A stretch of 64,000 nt of DNA from the human T2T-CHM13v2.0 reference genome, Homo sapiens: the NCBI RefSeq assembly GCF_009914755.1, contig NC_060930.1. One strand, written 5' to 3'. Below are positions 20,363 through 32,910 of this stretch, in pieces. A model generated the notes under the pieces. It saw only the letters and a program-made list of their open reading frames with translations, was not told the origin of the DNA and made no database searches. Position 1 is the stretch's first letter. Every line of letters begins with the position of its first letter. The translations under genes were made by a program, and so were the position numbers.

Positions 20363-20662
20363 GGCCAGTGCAGTGGCTCACACCTGTCGTCCCAGTACTT
20401 TGGGAAGCTGAGGTAGGTGGATCACTTGAGCCCAAGAGCTCGAGACCAGCCTGGGCAACATGGTGAAACCCTTTCTCTACCCAAAGGAATACAAAACTTA
20501 GCCAGGCATGGTGGCACATGCTTGTAGCCCCAGCTACTCAGGAGGCTGAGGTGGGAGGATTGCTTGAGCCCAGGAGGTGGAGGTTGCAGTAAGCTGAGAT
20601 TGTGTCACTGCACTCCAGCCTGGATGACAGAGCAAGAACATGTCTCAAAAAAAAAAAAAAGG
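20363..20662 (+). mobile_element. AluJ (Jb-like)
   Basis: J-type text 'cacttgagcccaagag', 'gggaggattgcttgagcccagg'; TSD aagattata at 20354-20362 and 20663-20671. Confidence 0.92.
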
Positions 20663-20828
20663 AAGATTATAGCTTAATATTATAGAAGTGATGTAAAATC
20701 ATAAATATTAGAAAACATAATCTATTAAAGAATTATTTTAAGTCCATAAAATATAACAAAAAAACAGCATGACCAAGCATAATTTATCTCAGAAATGCAA
20801 GGATAATTTCATATTAGGAAAAAAAATA

Positions 20829-22035
20829 CAGCTGTATTAATAGAATCATGTCATCTACAAACAGGGATTGTTTGACTTTCTCTCTTCCTACCTTAATGGC
20901 CTTTATTTTTTCCTCTTGCCTGATTGCTCTGGCCAGGACTTCCAATACTATGTTGAATAGGGGTGGTGAGAAAGGGCATTCTTGTCTTGTGCTGGTTTTC
21001 AAGGGGAATGCTTCCAGCTTTTTCCCATTCAGTACGATGTTCGCTGTGGGTTTGTCATATATAGCTCTGCTTATTTTAAGGCATGTTCCTTCAATAGTTT
21101 ATTGAGATTTTTTTAAGTGAAGGAATATTGTACTTTATCGAAAGCCTTTTCTGCATCTATTGAAATAATCACGTGGTTTTTGCCTTCAGTTCTGTTTATG
21201 TGATGAATCGCATTTATTGATTTGCATATGTTGAATCAACCTTGCATCCTGGGGATGAAGCCTACTTGATCCTGCTGGATTAGCTTTTTCATGTGCTGCT
21301 GGATTTAGTTTTCCAGTACTTTGTTGAGAAATTTTGCATCAGTGTTTTTCAAGGATATTGGTTTTCTTTTCAAGTTTTCTTTTTTTGTTGTGTCTCTGCC
21401 AGGTTTGGGTATCAGGATGATGCTGGCCTCATAGAATGAGTTGGGGAGGAGTCCCTCCTCCTCAAGTTTTTGGAATAATTTCAGTAGCAATGGTACCAGC
21501 TCTTCTTTGTATACCTGGTAGAATTTGGCTGTGAATCCAACTGATCCTGGGCTTAATACATGCACACAAATGTTCATTGCAGCACTGCTCACAATAACAA
21601 AAACATGGAATCAACCTAAATGCCCATAAATAGTAGACTGATAAAAGAAAATGTAGTACATATACACCATGGAATACTATGTGGCCATAAAAAAGAACGA
21701 GATGATGTCATTTGCATGAACATGGATTGAGCTGGAGGCCATTATCCTTAGCAAACTAACACAGGAACAGAAAACCAAATACTGTATATTCTCACATATA
21801 AGTAGGAGCTAAATGATGAGAACACATGGACACAATGAGGGGAACAACAGACACGGAGACCTACTTGAGGGTACAGAGTTGGGGGAGGGAGAGGAGCAGA
21901 AAAAATAACTAATGGGTACTAGGCTTAATACCTGGGTGATGAAACAATCTATTCAACAAACCCGCATGACATGAGTTTACCTATATAACAAAACTGCACC
22001 TGTACCCCTTAACTTAAAATAAATGTTTTTTTAAA
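20829..22035 (+). mobile_element. 5'-inverted (twin-primed) L1PA (L1PA13-16-like): inverted RT segment 20841-21554 plus sense 3' end 21555-22035
   Basis: Minus-strand ORFs 21305-21592 ([10 protein letters not shown]) and 20814-21002 ([16 protein letters not shown]); plus-strand L1PA 3' UTR; 13-bp TSD aggaaaaaaaata at 20816-20828 and 22036-22048. Confidence 0.92.
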
Positions 22036-22544
22036 AGGAAAAAAAATAACTCATTACTAGGTTGAGCAAGAAAAACTATTTGACCATCCAAATAAAGGAA
22101 AAATAAATTTTAATCAAATCCAATAGCTCATTAATAATGACTACTCTTAATATACTAAAAACAGCCTGTTTTAAGTCTCAAGGATTTTTTTACCAAAAAC
22201 CTACAGCGAATCTTACAGATAATGGTGACACTTTAAAAACATTCCCTGCTATCACTATTTTTATTGTACATGGTACTAGAAGCTTATTATTGCAAAAACA
22301 ATAATAAACAAAAAATAAATATGTAAAAACTGAAAAGGAAAAACTACAGTTTTTATTACTTACAGATAATGCAATTATCCACATCAACAACCCAAGAAAA
22401 TTTGCAAACACATCATTAAAACCAATAAGAAAGTTCATGAAAATTTCTGGATTCAAGATCATCATGTAAAAGTTGTAGTTTTTCTCTGCAGTAGAATATT
22501 TTCTTAATACAATAAATAAAAACAGACACATAAAATTCTGCTCC

Positions 22545-22830
22545 ATAACTAACTTATTATTTCTACCTGGAAGCCTACAGGCTTTTATTCTTTATTATCT
22601 ATGTTCATGAATATTGCCAAGATGTGCTTGGATATCTTTTTTTCTCCTCAATTCTCTTTGGAACTGTGAGCCTTTTGAATCTTAAGATTAATTCTTCGCT
22701 TAGCTTATGGATATTTTCTTTTAGTATTTGTTTAGGAATATGGCATATCTAATATTTACACATTAAGTCCCCTGGATCTATGCCTGTCTCTTTTCCCTCA
22801 TGATTTCTGTCTCTTTATAGCTTATTTTAA
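22545..22830 (-). mobile_element. Old L1/HAL1 ORF1-region fragment
   Basis: T-rich reverse ORF1-like text ('gccaagatgtgcttggatat..tgtgagccttttgaatctt'). Confidence 0.5.
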
Positions 22831-23149
22831 AGTCAGAATAATTAGGACAGCATGATATTAAATGTAGTGATAGAATTATAGATAATTGTAATAATAGAGA
22901 AGGGTAAGTAATAAACTCATCTATTTGGGACTTCAATATATGACAGTGGGATCAGTCCACCAGTGGATGAGATTAAACATTTTAAACTTCGATATCAATT
23001 TTAGCTAAAACTGAAAGAGAAATTAATCTTGACCAATACTTAATACGCAAACTGACATTGGCATCCTTACCAGGTCTTTATTTCAGTAGACAAGGTCATT
23101 TACAATGGAAGTATGATAACACAGAGGAATTGCCCTCACTACCACACAC

Positions 23150-23820
23150 AGACCCTTAAAATATTAACTTTACAGAGATGACCCCACATATAAAGTACAT
23201 TCACCATATCATTTACAGGAAGATTATTGCCGCAAAGACATTGAGGCCAGAAATGCACAAAGTGCTGCAGATTGTCCACAATGTGGTTAATATTATTAAA
23301 ATAAGACCTTTTAAAAGACAGTTGGAATTTTACAATATTTCATAACAAAATAGGCAAGAGACTAGACAAATCTGTTGTTCTACAAAGAGATTCATTGTTT
23401 AGCTGTGGCAATTTACTTAAAATAATTGTCAAATTTACAGATGAGCTACACATTTTCTTTTACTACATGACAAGTGTTTCCAGTTTTCTGACCTTTTCTA
23501 TGATAAAAATCAGCTGTAAGTAGTTTGCTACCAAAATAAGTGTTTCCAAAAGAAAAAAAAATCACATTTAACATGCCCCTTAAGCAGCGAGATTACTTTG
23601 AGACAACAGTTGGAAACAAAGACTGCTTTTCAAAACTCAGGCTACGGATTAAACATTTTGCAAACACATATTTGGGTATGTTTCATCATTGTGCAATTTT
23701 ATTACAACAATGCAGGTATATAATTATAAAATTTATCACATATTTATACTTAACACTGTAGAAACCTAATTTTCTAACTTGTTTAACAATTCTACAAATG
23801 AGACATTTTTATGGGTTTTA
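23150..23820 (+). mobile_element. hAT-Charlie/Buster transposase fossil
   Basis: From 23172: TEMTPHIKYIHHIIYRKIIAAKTLRPEMHKVLQIVHNVVNIIKIRPF, then LLFYKEIHCL and SCGNLLKIIVKFTDELHIFF, matching HCIIHREALA..VNFIK.RPL..LLHTEVRWLSRG. Confidence 0.85.
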
Positions 23821-24549
23821 TGATGGACAGAGTCCATATTATCAGAGTCTAGTGGGAAAGAGAGGTGAGTACTGCAAAATTTGATAAGTGCCATGTGAGT
23901 ACGGAATTCAGTCTAATTCAGCAACAAGAGGGAAATAAAGCTGAATCTAAGAGACACATATGAAAAGGTATAGTAGAGGAGGAGTAGTGAAGAAAGTGTG
24001 ATGGGGAAAATTTAAGGTTCACCCAAATGTACCAGGGCATAGCAGGTCCTCTGGTTTTAGAAGAAATTTTGCTTCTCCTGTTTCTACGTCATAGAACCTG
24101 GTGGCTTTTCAACTGGAAACTGAGGTTGGCAATGTCACTGAAGGAGACATGAGAAAAGAAGGCAGCTGAGGTCAAAACCAGGTTCAGATGTAGGTCAGCC
24201 TCCTCTCCTCCATTTCTTTCCCATCATCTTAAAACACTCTCTTTGCCTTTAATCTTCTATTCCTTAACATATTCCACACATGCATCAGGATCATCAACTT
24301 GACCAAGAACAGCTGTATTTTCTCATCACTCTATTTTTGTAGCAATTCCTTACAAATGGTTGATGAGAAAAGTCATATCTAAGATTGACATTCGGATGTA
24401 GGAAGATACCTCTCTCCCCATGCTCCAGCCTAGGGTACCAGACAGCTCTCTTTGTGGAATTTGTTGCTGAATTCCTTTGTCATTGCTCCTGTATACCGCA
24501 TCCAGAAACCTCTTGGGGATAAGAGGCTGTCACCTTTGGGTCCCTGGCC

Positions 24550-24680
24550 CAGGAGTTTTCAAACCTTAGTGGGCACAGAGATCAATCTGGGAGCCTTGCT
24601 AAATACATATTCCAATGCACTAGGTCCAAAGTGAGAAATCGATTGTGCACTTCTTAACAAACTTCCAAAGTAACCAAGGC
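24550..24680. mobile_element. MER5-like hAT-Charlie MITE
   Basis: 'gttttcaaacctt..gatcaatctgggagccttgctaaatacatattcc..cacttcttaacaaacttcc'. Confidence 0.5.
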
Positions 24681-24788
24681 TCTCAGCCAATTCACAGCCT
24701 TCCAAACTCTCCCCAATTTCCTGAAATAAGAAAGTACCCGATTCCTTTCAATTAAATGACTTTAATCCAAGAAGACATTTATACCACC

Positions 24789-25524
24789 TGTTATGGCTAA
24801 ATTGTATACTCCCCAAATTCATATGTTGAAGGCCTAACCCCCAGTACCTCAGAATATGACTGTGTTTGGAGATAGGGTCTTTAAAGAGGGGATTCAATTA
24901 AAATGAGGCTGATAGGCCGGATCCTAATACAATCTGATTAATATTCTTATAAGAAGATTTAGACAAACTAAGAGACACAGGGATATGCATGCACAGAGGA
25001 AAAACCAAATAAGAACACAGCAAGAAGGCCAGGTGCGGTGGCTCATGCCTCTAATTCCAGCACTTTGGGAGGCCAAGGCAGGTGGATCACTTGAGGTCAG
25101 GAGCTTGAGACCAGCCTGGCCAACATGATGAAACCCCATCTCTACTAAAAATACAAAAATTAGCTGGGCATGGTGGCGGGCATGTGTCATCCTAGCTACT
25201 CTAGAGGCTGTGGCAGGAGAATCACTTGAACCCAGGAAGTGGAGGTTGCAGCGAGCCAAGATCACACTGCTGTGCTTCAGCCTGGGCAACAGAATGAGAC
25301 TCTGTCTCAAAAAAAAAAAAAAAAAAAAAAAAAAAACAAACAAAAAAGAACTCAGCAAGAACACAGCCATCTGCAAGCCAAGAAAAGAGACCTCAGAAGA
25401 AACCAAATATGCTAGCACCTTGATCTTGGACTTCTAGCTTCCAGAACTGTGGAAAATAAATTTCTGTTGTCTCTGCCACTCAGTCTGTGAAATTTTGTTA
25501 TGGCAGCCTAAGGAAATTAATATA
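24789..25524 (+). mobile_element. MLT1B-like MaLR solo LTR, interrupted by an Alu
   Basis: Starts tgttatggct; 'cccagtacctcagaatatgactgtgtttggagatagggtctttaaagagg'; 'accttgatcttggacttctagc..aataaatttctgttg'. Confidence 0.88.
25027..25345 (+). mobile_element. AluS
   Basis: Full dimer; TSD aagaac(a/t)cagcaagaa at 25011-25026 and 25346-25361. Confidence 0.95.
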
Positions 25525-25619
25525 CCCATGGTATTAAAAGAATTTGCATACCATCAGTGTTTATAGTCTTTGAGAAGTAATGAAAATAGTACAGGTACCT
25601 GCAAGTTGGAAATAGGCAC

Positions 25620-25850
25620 TTTCAAAATAGTCCATTTGACTTTCAAAAATGGGAAAATGGGAACAGTATGAATTCCAAAAATTACAGATGGGTACAGTCG
25701 AAATGAATTCCCTTGACAAAATTTTGGACAAGATTGTTAAACAGGTGGTTGGTGAGCTCTTAGACAACAGAGCCATAGTTACTAAAGAAAAGCTATGTTC
25801 ACTGAGACTAAGTCAAGCTGAGCTAACTTCCCTTCTTGTATTGATAGGGT
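25620..25850 (+). mobile_element. L3/CR1 LINE reverse-transcriptase fragment
   Basis: ORF 25649-25852 'NSLDKILDKIVKQVVGELLDNRAIVTKEK..SQAELTS' resembles CR1 RT 'SIPGKILEQIIKQ.I.EHL....I...QHGF...SC.TNLIS'. Confidence 0.7.
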
Positions 25851-26123
25851 AGTAATGGAGATCCTGAGAAGGCCACAGCCATACTGAATCCAGATGGAAA
25901 TAGGATATTGGAGAGAAGGCTGCGATATGATCCTTCAGGGAAAGATAGAAAAATGGGGACTGAACATGATTTGGCATTGAGTGAATTTCAGGCTCACTGA
26001 AATCCACGACCCTGTGGTGTTAAGGAAGCATTGTAAATGAGAAGACCAGGACCCACAGTTAGCCCATAACAATGACTAGTAAAAGCTCTCACTAATTGCA
26101 TGCATGCAAACACAGAAATCATG

Positions 26124-26607
26124 TGTGGCAAAGATTGCTCATTGTCTGCCAGTAATGATTTTCCCCTTCTTTCAGATAATAGAATTTTTAGCTGAGCAGA
26201 TGAACATACAGGAAAAAAAAAAAAAGACCACTTTTCTCAGCCTTCTTTGCAAGTTGGCCTAGCCATGTGACTAAGTTCTGTGCAAAGCTCTGTGGATAAG
26301 AACAAATGTGATGTTGTTCTGGGGATCATGTCCTTAAAATGCAAGCTTACCCCCTTTCACTTTTTGGCCCCTCTTATTCACTAGAACGTGAATGTGTTGG
26401 TGAGCTGGGTTGGCCCTAGGGATGGCTGAGAATTAAGACAGAAGGCCCCTGGATTTCTGACCTCATGAAGCCTTCCTTCTAGCCTTAGACTGTTAACACG
26501 CAGGCAGTTAAGAAAGAGAAGTAAACTTCCATCTTGTTTAAGCCGCTGTTAAGCCACTGGTATGCTGAGTCTTGGTCTGAGCACCTGAACCTACATCCTA
26601 AGTAATT
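26124..26607 (+). mobile_element. MLT1J-like MaLR LTR
   Basis: 'tgtggcaaagattgctcattgtc..gccatgtgactaagttctg..agagaagtaaacttccatcttgtttaagcc'. Confidence 0.75.
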
Positions 26608-26619
26608 GAGTGTGTTTAT

Positions 26620-27040
26620 CTGATTGGCAGAGGACATTAAGCTGGGAGGATAACCAATATGGTCTGCATCAATCAGAAAGCCAAGAAAATCTTAATAGGC
26701 TGGAATAAAGAGCCTAACCTCACATGGTGCATTTTAACAGCCTTGCATTTATGTTAAAATAATCAATTGCATAATAAAGTGTAGGAAGATCCACCATAAA
26801 AGAAGTTCGTGTGTTTAAAAAAAGGGTGGGGGGAGATTTTCACTGACTTCAAAGCTCAATATGGGCACAGCCTTAGACTGCAGTAAGCAAATGTGATGTC
26901 CCCGTCAATGACATTAAGAGCCCTCCTTGTTCCATTCTGATCGGACCACACAGGAAAGCAGCCAGAGGGTGAAGCAAAGTGAAGTGAAAACTGCGTGATC
27001 CCTTTACTGAATGGGCTGATCTCCATGGGCACATACACAA
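26620..27040 (+). mobile_element. L3/CR1 fragment (continuation)
   Basis: 'aagctgggag..aatcttaataggctggaataa..aagctcaatatggg..gcaaatgtgatg..ctgatcggaccacac'. Confidence 0.6.
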
Positions 27041-27155
27041 AATTGATTTATTTTCTCCCACATAGACTTCAAACACACTAGGCTGAATTTCTGCCTTCAC
27101 TACCACTTGACATCTCACACAAATTCCACAGTTTTAGCGTGACTTTTACTTATAA

Positions 27156-27475
<320 letters not shown>

Positions 27476-28674
27476 CATAGTCTCATTTTGATTATTCAAA
27501 ATAATTTTCAGGCTTGAAGAAGGACAGTTGTGAGGGAGATGTTTCACCATATGCCTTTGATTTTTGAACCATACGAATGTATTATCTGGCAACACAATTA
27601 ACCAAGTAAACTTTTAAATTCCACTATAAATCAGAAATTCAATATCACATTCAATTCAAACCTGCTCCCCTCCCCCAGTTCAGTTCAGCTCATGGCTCGA
27701 GGTGGCAAGGAGGAGGGAATGATCTGTTCTAGCACTTTCTCTGCTGGCTCTTCCCATCCTCTACTCCTACTCACTCTGCTTCTTCAGGCAGAGCAGGTCA
27801 GGACAGCCATGGAGAGAAGGAGAAATCAAAAGTTTTTTCGTTTAGCTGGAGCCGTGGGTGTTCTCTCTTGGTGAATGCCAGCTGGCTCTCCTGTCCTTTG
27901 TGGCAGGAGTTCAAGTGCCCACCCACTCACAGAGCTGATGATATAGGGCCTTCTTGGTGACCCTCAGAAGAATCTCTAAGCTGCACATCTCCATGGCCTG
28001 GTCACGGGCTCCCCCAAATGTTTATTAGCCTCCCTCCAGTCCTAATACCTATGATAGAGCCCACAGACTGACTATCACTGCCCACTTGAGAAAGGGCTAT
28101 CAGGTTGGTGCACCCCATGCCCATCTGTGGTCCATGTCCAGGACACAGTTTTGGCCTTTCAGACATGAGGAAGACAGGCCACTGTCACTGTTGCCCTCTC
28201 CTCCCACTCTTTGACAACAGGCAGACTCCACAGTCTCCGGGCCTCAGTCTCCTCCAGTCAGGAAGCAACCACCAGTCTCCATGTTCATACATCCTCCTGG
28301 GCTCCAGAGGACCAGTGTCATGCTCCTTCAAGATCACCCTCACTGCCCCCTGCTTGGATGCTCCAGAGCAAGCCTGAGAGTTTCTGCCACTCCCTGTGCC
28401 AAGCTCACCTTCTAACAGACACCGCAAACTCTGTGAGCTAATCTTGGATTCTCTCAAAATTGTTTTGGGGACACCCTTTTGTTCCCTATGGAAAAGGAAG
28501 GAGAAAAGCCAAATATTTCACCTTAAGTCTGCGGATCCCTATGTGATTCCATTCAGTTGTCTCTTTGAACTCTGCTGGACGTGAAGACAGAGGATCCATG
28601 TCTTCGCCCCTTATAAAGTCCTGCAAGCATATGTCTGGCAGCTCTTCCTTAGAACGTGAGGGGATTTGGGACTT

Positions 28675-28860
28675 GAAAGAGACTGCTAATTGTCCCTAAA
28701 ATATGTTTCCCCTTCTTTCATGTAACAGACTTTTAGCACTTAGCTAAATGTACACGGTTGCCCAACAAGTAACTTTATTTCCCTCACTTCTTTGCAGCTA
28801 AGGTTCTGCAAATTTAGATCTAATAATGAGATGAGCTTGCATGAGACTGGAAGGTAGGAG
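28675..28860 (+). mobile_element. MLT1J-like LTR 5' fragment
   Basis: 'gactgctaattgtcc..tttccccttctttca..cttctttgcagctaag' parallels the LTR at 26124. Confidence 0.55.
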
Positions 28861-28869
28861 ATAGGTATG

Positions 28870-29690
28870 GACATTCTTCTGGCTATTGCAGCTGGCTAGA
28901 GAACGATTTCTTGGTAGTTCCCCAGATTCATCTTTGCCTGGATGTCGTTGCTTCATTTCAGCATTCTTTCCCACCTGGAGAGGCAGGGAATTTTCAAAAC
29001 CATCAAGTCTTCCTCCTTTGTGATTAACAGTCTTTCCTTTCACTTCTCTGTCTCCTCTTGCATTTTAGTGTGAGCAACAAAAAGGAGCCAGAAGGCACCT
29101 TCAAGGTCTGTTTGAAATCCCCTAAGCTATTGGCAACCCCCTTCATTAGGCACACTTTTTACGGTCTTGGTAACACAGGCGGCACCATGGCTAAATGTCC
29201 TGCCTCTACACAAGTGCAGTTTCCAGATGGGTCTTCCTCACTTTCCTTCAAGTCCTCACCACAGCCTCCAGGCCATCATGTTTCTATGAACAACTTCTTC
29301 AAAGCTCTTCAAACTTTCTCCTCTACTGTCCAGTCTCAAAGCCACGTCCACATTTTAGGTGTTCGTTACAGAAGCAACCACTTCCAATCACCAAAATCTG
29401 ACCTCAATATCTATCACTGTGTCATAAATTACCCCCAAATGGAGTGGCTTAAAACAACAAACACTTTATATGTCACAGATGCTTTGGGTCAGGAGTTCAG
29501 GAGCCACTCAATGGAGTGGTTCTGGCTCAAAGTCTCTCATGAGTTTGCAGTCAGGAGGTCAGCAGGAAAGGAAGCAGCCATCTCAGAGGCTGGTGGGCCT
29601 TCCCTGCATAATTTCAAGATGGCTGCCCAGCGTGGCTGCCAGTAGGAGGCCTCAGCTTTCACAAATGGACTCCCCATGATTCTAAGGCCA
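28870..29690 (-). mobile_element. MaLR internal fragment (28870-29400) joined to an MLT1F/G/H-like LTR (29401-29690)
   Basis: 'aaagccacgtccacattttaggt..caccaaaatctg' (reverse MLT-int 5' end), followed by 'aaattacccccaaa..gtggcttaaaacaacaa..gggtcaggagttcagg'. Confidence 0.75.
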
Positions 29691-30840
29691 GGGCAAGGAA
29701 AATACAAGGTGATCCTGGAATATGTTATGTTATCAGAAAGTAAGAAAGTACCCCCCAAGAATGTGTTTCTAAGATGAAGGCATGTCAAAAGGACCCAAGA
29801 ATCTATCTGAAAAAGCTCCCAGTGGCCAGAGTTAATATAATTTGAGCACCATAATAAATTTCGATTGTATTGAATTATCACCTAAAGAATAAAATAAATA
29901 TCCATGAGCACATACTGATATAAATAAACAAATAAATAAACCAAAGAAGAAAGACCAATCTTTCTTACATAAGAAATCCAATCAATAAACGTAGAGGGAA
30001 TCGGAGAAATAGAGAATTGTCATTGGAACACCACAGCTATCCTTGCTGCATGCAAGACTAATTGATACTTGCTAAAATTAGTGGTTGAACTTTAAGAAGT
30101 AACAGGATATTTGCATCATATTTGTATCCCTTTCTAAATTTACTAATCACTCTTATGGTTTTAAAACATGACTTTGATACTCTTTACCTCCCTCCAGGAG
30201 GTAGAGTTTAATGGCCCTTTCCTCAAGTATAGGCTGGACTTAGTGACCTGCTTTTATGAATAGATGACAGAAAGGGAAAAATTGTTACTTGGCAGTGGGG
30301 AAACCTAACAGACATCACATTAGCCAGGTGATCAAAGTTAATGTTACCTGCAGTCATGCTGATATTATACACCCACTGACATGATACAATGAGAAGGGCC
30401 TGTCACCTCTGTGGTGGTGTTCTCCAAAATCCACAGCCTCAGAATGTTTATGAGAAACCACCAGATAAACCCAAATTAAGGGCGTTCTACAAAACACCTG
30501 ACCACTACTCTTCAAAACATCTAAAGTCATGAAAGACAAGAAAATACAGAGAAGCTATCACAGATTGGTGGAAACTAGGGAGACATGATGAATAAAGGTA
30601 TCATGATATCCCAAAAAGGGTCCTGGAACAGAAAAAGTACATTAACAGGAAACGTTGAGAAGTCCAAATAAAGTTGGTAGTTCACTTACAATATTGCACC
30701 ATTGTCAATGTCTTGGTTTTGATAAACATACTATGTAAGATGTTAACATTAGGGGAAGTTGGGTGAAGGGTGTATGGGAAGACCCTGTACTATCTTAGAA
30801 ACTCTTTATTCTAAAATTATTTCAAACTAAAAAGTGTTTT
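29690..30840 (+). mobile_element. L1MC (L1MC3-like) 3' end
   Basis: 'ccagggcaaggaaaatacaaggtga', 'ggctggacttagtgac', 'agccaggtgatcaaagttaa', 'gggtgaagggtgtatgggaa..ctgtactatct'. Confidence 0.85.
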
Positions 30841-32727
30841 AGAATAGGTAGAGTTGCAAATAATTTGGTGAGTGGTGCAGATGGAGGTATCTCTTACCTG
30901 TGAGGTAATAAGCCAAGTAATTGCTGAGAAAAATGTGGGTGGGAGAAAGTGGCAGCAGGGGGCCTTTGTTATGACTTGCCTGAAGGTCTATACTACGTTA
31001 GAAAAAATTATCAAAAATGACCACACTGTGCTGTAATGGTGCCATGTCTCCATGTATCTGCCAACTCTGCATTCTCTGGGCTTGCTGTAGTGATGGGAGG
31101 GATTCAAATCCTCCTCTTCAGCAAAAGGAGAAGTTTCCCAATGGATGGTCTGAGACAGGAAGGGATGTCCTTTCCCTGGGCTGAACATGGATTCCAATGC
31201 CCCACTATGTGATGCCAACAAGCATCATGTCTGGCCACTGAATTCCAGGATCTTAGGTTTAACCATAAAATGCTTCTGTCTCATGGGCTGCAAACCACCA
31301 ACATAGAACTAAGATTGATAAGAAAAATACACTGTTTACTCAAAACAGGTATATACCAGCCTACCTATTTATAATGTCCTATTACATGGTTGTACAGTTC
31401 GTATCCTCAATAATTCAGTAGGTATCTCACTAATATCTATTTGAAATCCCCCTAAAAATAACATTTAGCAGTAGCTTCATGATCTCTCTAGAATGTGTCT
31501 TTATTTTTCTTAAACATTTGATATGTTATACCACCCAGGCGGAAAATAGAACACAGAGTGTAGGATACACACATACTCACCACAAAAACAACCATATTGT
31601 AACAGCAAAATGTATTTATAAAATTGGTCAAGGAAATTGAATTTAACATATGCTGTTATCATACAAGTATTTTTAATGAAATAACATTTTGTATTTATAT
31701 AGCACCTTTCTACTAAGGAGCAAAAATATGGCTCAGATATTATTACTCATTCTCACACCATCCTTGACAGGTGGATAAGTAGCAACATTTAAACCAAGTT
31801 TTAATCACTGGGAAACAAAGACATGCACAAAAAGAGCAAATAAACCACAAATGGTAACCCAGAAAGTTGGCATTTTCCACCCCCCAATGCCCACCGTGGT
31901 CCACTGACTCTTTTCTTCTCAAATCTTAAAAGCTACTTTGAATAGTGGTGAAAAAAAATACAGGAACAGTAGAGGGATAAAATAGGTATATACCAGCCTA
32001 CTCGGGAACCTGCTGGTGGAACTTAAGACTGGAAACTGTTGAAAGTTAAAAACAGTTCCCAAACCTTGAGCATCTACTCAGACAAATTTAATGTGTACCA
32101 GGGACAAATGAAAGTATCCTTCCAAAATATGACCCAAATTATTGTCAAGCCTTTCTATAATAAAGGCCCATTCCTCAAGCAGCTGTCACATAACGTGAAG
32201 GTGATCAACAGCAAATCCATTAGCAACACAGGATAAAGAAATTTGAGTAGCCCAGAAACTCTTGCATAAAACATAACGTCAGCAAGATAGGAAATTCTGG
32301 ATGATGCACTCCTGAGGAGCGCTTTAAAAAATCATTCAAGGAAATTAAAAAAAAAAAGTCTCTTTAAAGATAAATGCAAATTACAGACATAGTTGGAACC
32401 TAAAAGTATGTCTTGAATAAGAAAATTACCAGAGGATGAATTTCTTAAAAGCATGACTGTCTTTTAAGAGTTTCTAATATATTTAATCTCCAGTAAACTC
32501 TAGGATATCCAAAGGTGTGGTACTTTTTTTTTTCCAGAATATGCAGTGTCTGAGAAACTTTTATCACATCTATCCATGTAGTCAACTAATGTCAGCAAAA
32601 CCAGACGGGAAATCATATATAAAGGGAAGTATGAAAATATTTTATTGTAAACTTCTGAGTCATAGGGATAAGGAAAGAAAGTTACATTATATTCTAATAA
32701 CAAATTTTAATAACGTGAAAAAAGAAA

Positions 32728-32910
32728 AATAACAGCCAACACTTATTGAGCACCTCTGTGCGCTAGTATGGATAACGGTGCCAGGCACAATGGATGCCTT
32801 ATCTCATTTCCTCATCACAAGCCTCCTTTGAGATATACCCATTTTATAGACTTAGATTAAGACACTTGTCAGAGTTCAGGGTACAAGCAGCTGTCTGACT
32901 CCAAACCCTT
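32728..32910 (-). mobile_element. MIR
   Basis: 'aataacagccaacacttattgagcac..cccattttatagac..ctgtctgactccaaa'. Confidence 0.65.

Larger units (their letters stand above)
18330..22530 (+). mobile_element. Ancient L1M (L1ME-type) ORF1 end and ORF2 remnant, interrupted by AluJ and L1PA
   Basis: Degenerate ORF2 motifs 'cattctctgatgacaatgcaatttaattggaaatca', 'catgccaataaatttgaaaacttgg', 'agaaatgcaaggataattt' (MQGWF-like), 'cagataatgcaatt' (ADD-like). Confidence 0.75.

Noticed and set aside
21200-21554. Inverted L1 piece as the segment excised from the L1MA at ~9371
   Set aside because: It covers the homologous RT region but extends well beyond the deletion and sits inside the L1PA's own TSD; coincidence.
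24924-25418. 164-aa ORF and similar ORFs (6012-6425, 37454-37765, 41922-42200, 61887-62351)
   Set aside because: Standard Alu/THE1/MLT read-through translations (e.g. [22 protein letters not shown]).
25649-25852. Protein-like 67-aa ORF as a host exon
   Set aside because: Better explained as a decayed CR1/L3 reverse-transcriptase fragment with more L3 sequence downstream.
29058-29645. Longest ORF (195 aa) as a novel gene
   Set aside because: Lies antisense across a MaLR internal/LTR junction, starts at TTG, and has no recognisable domain.
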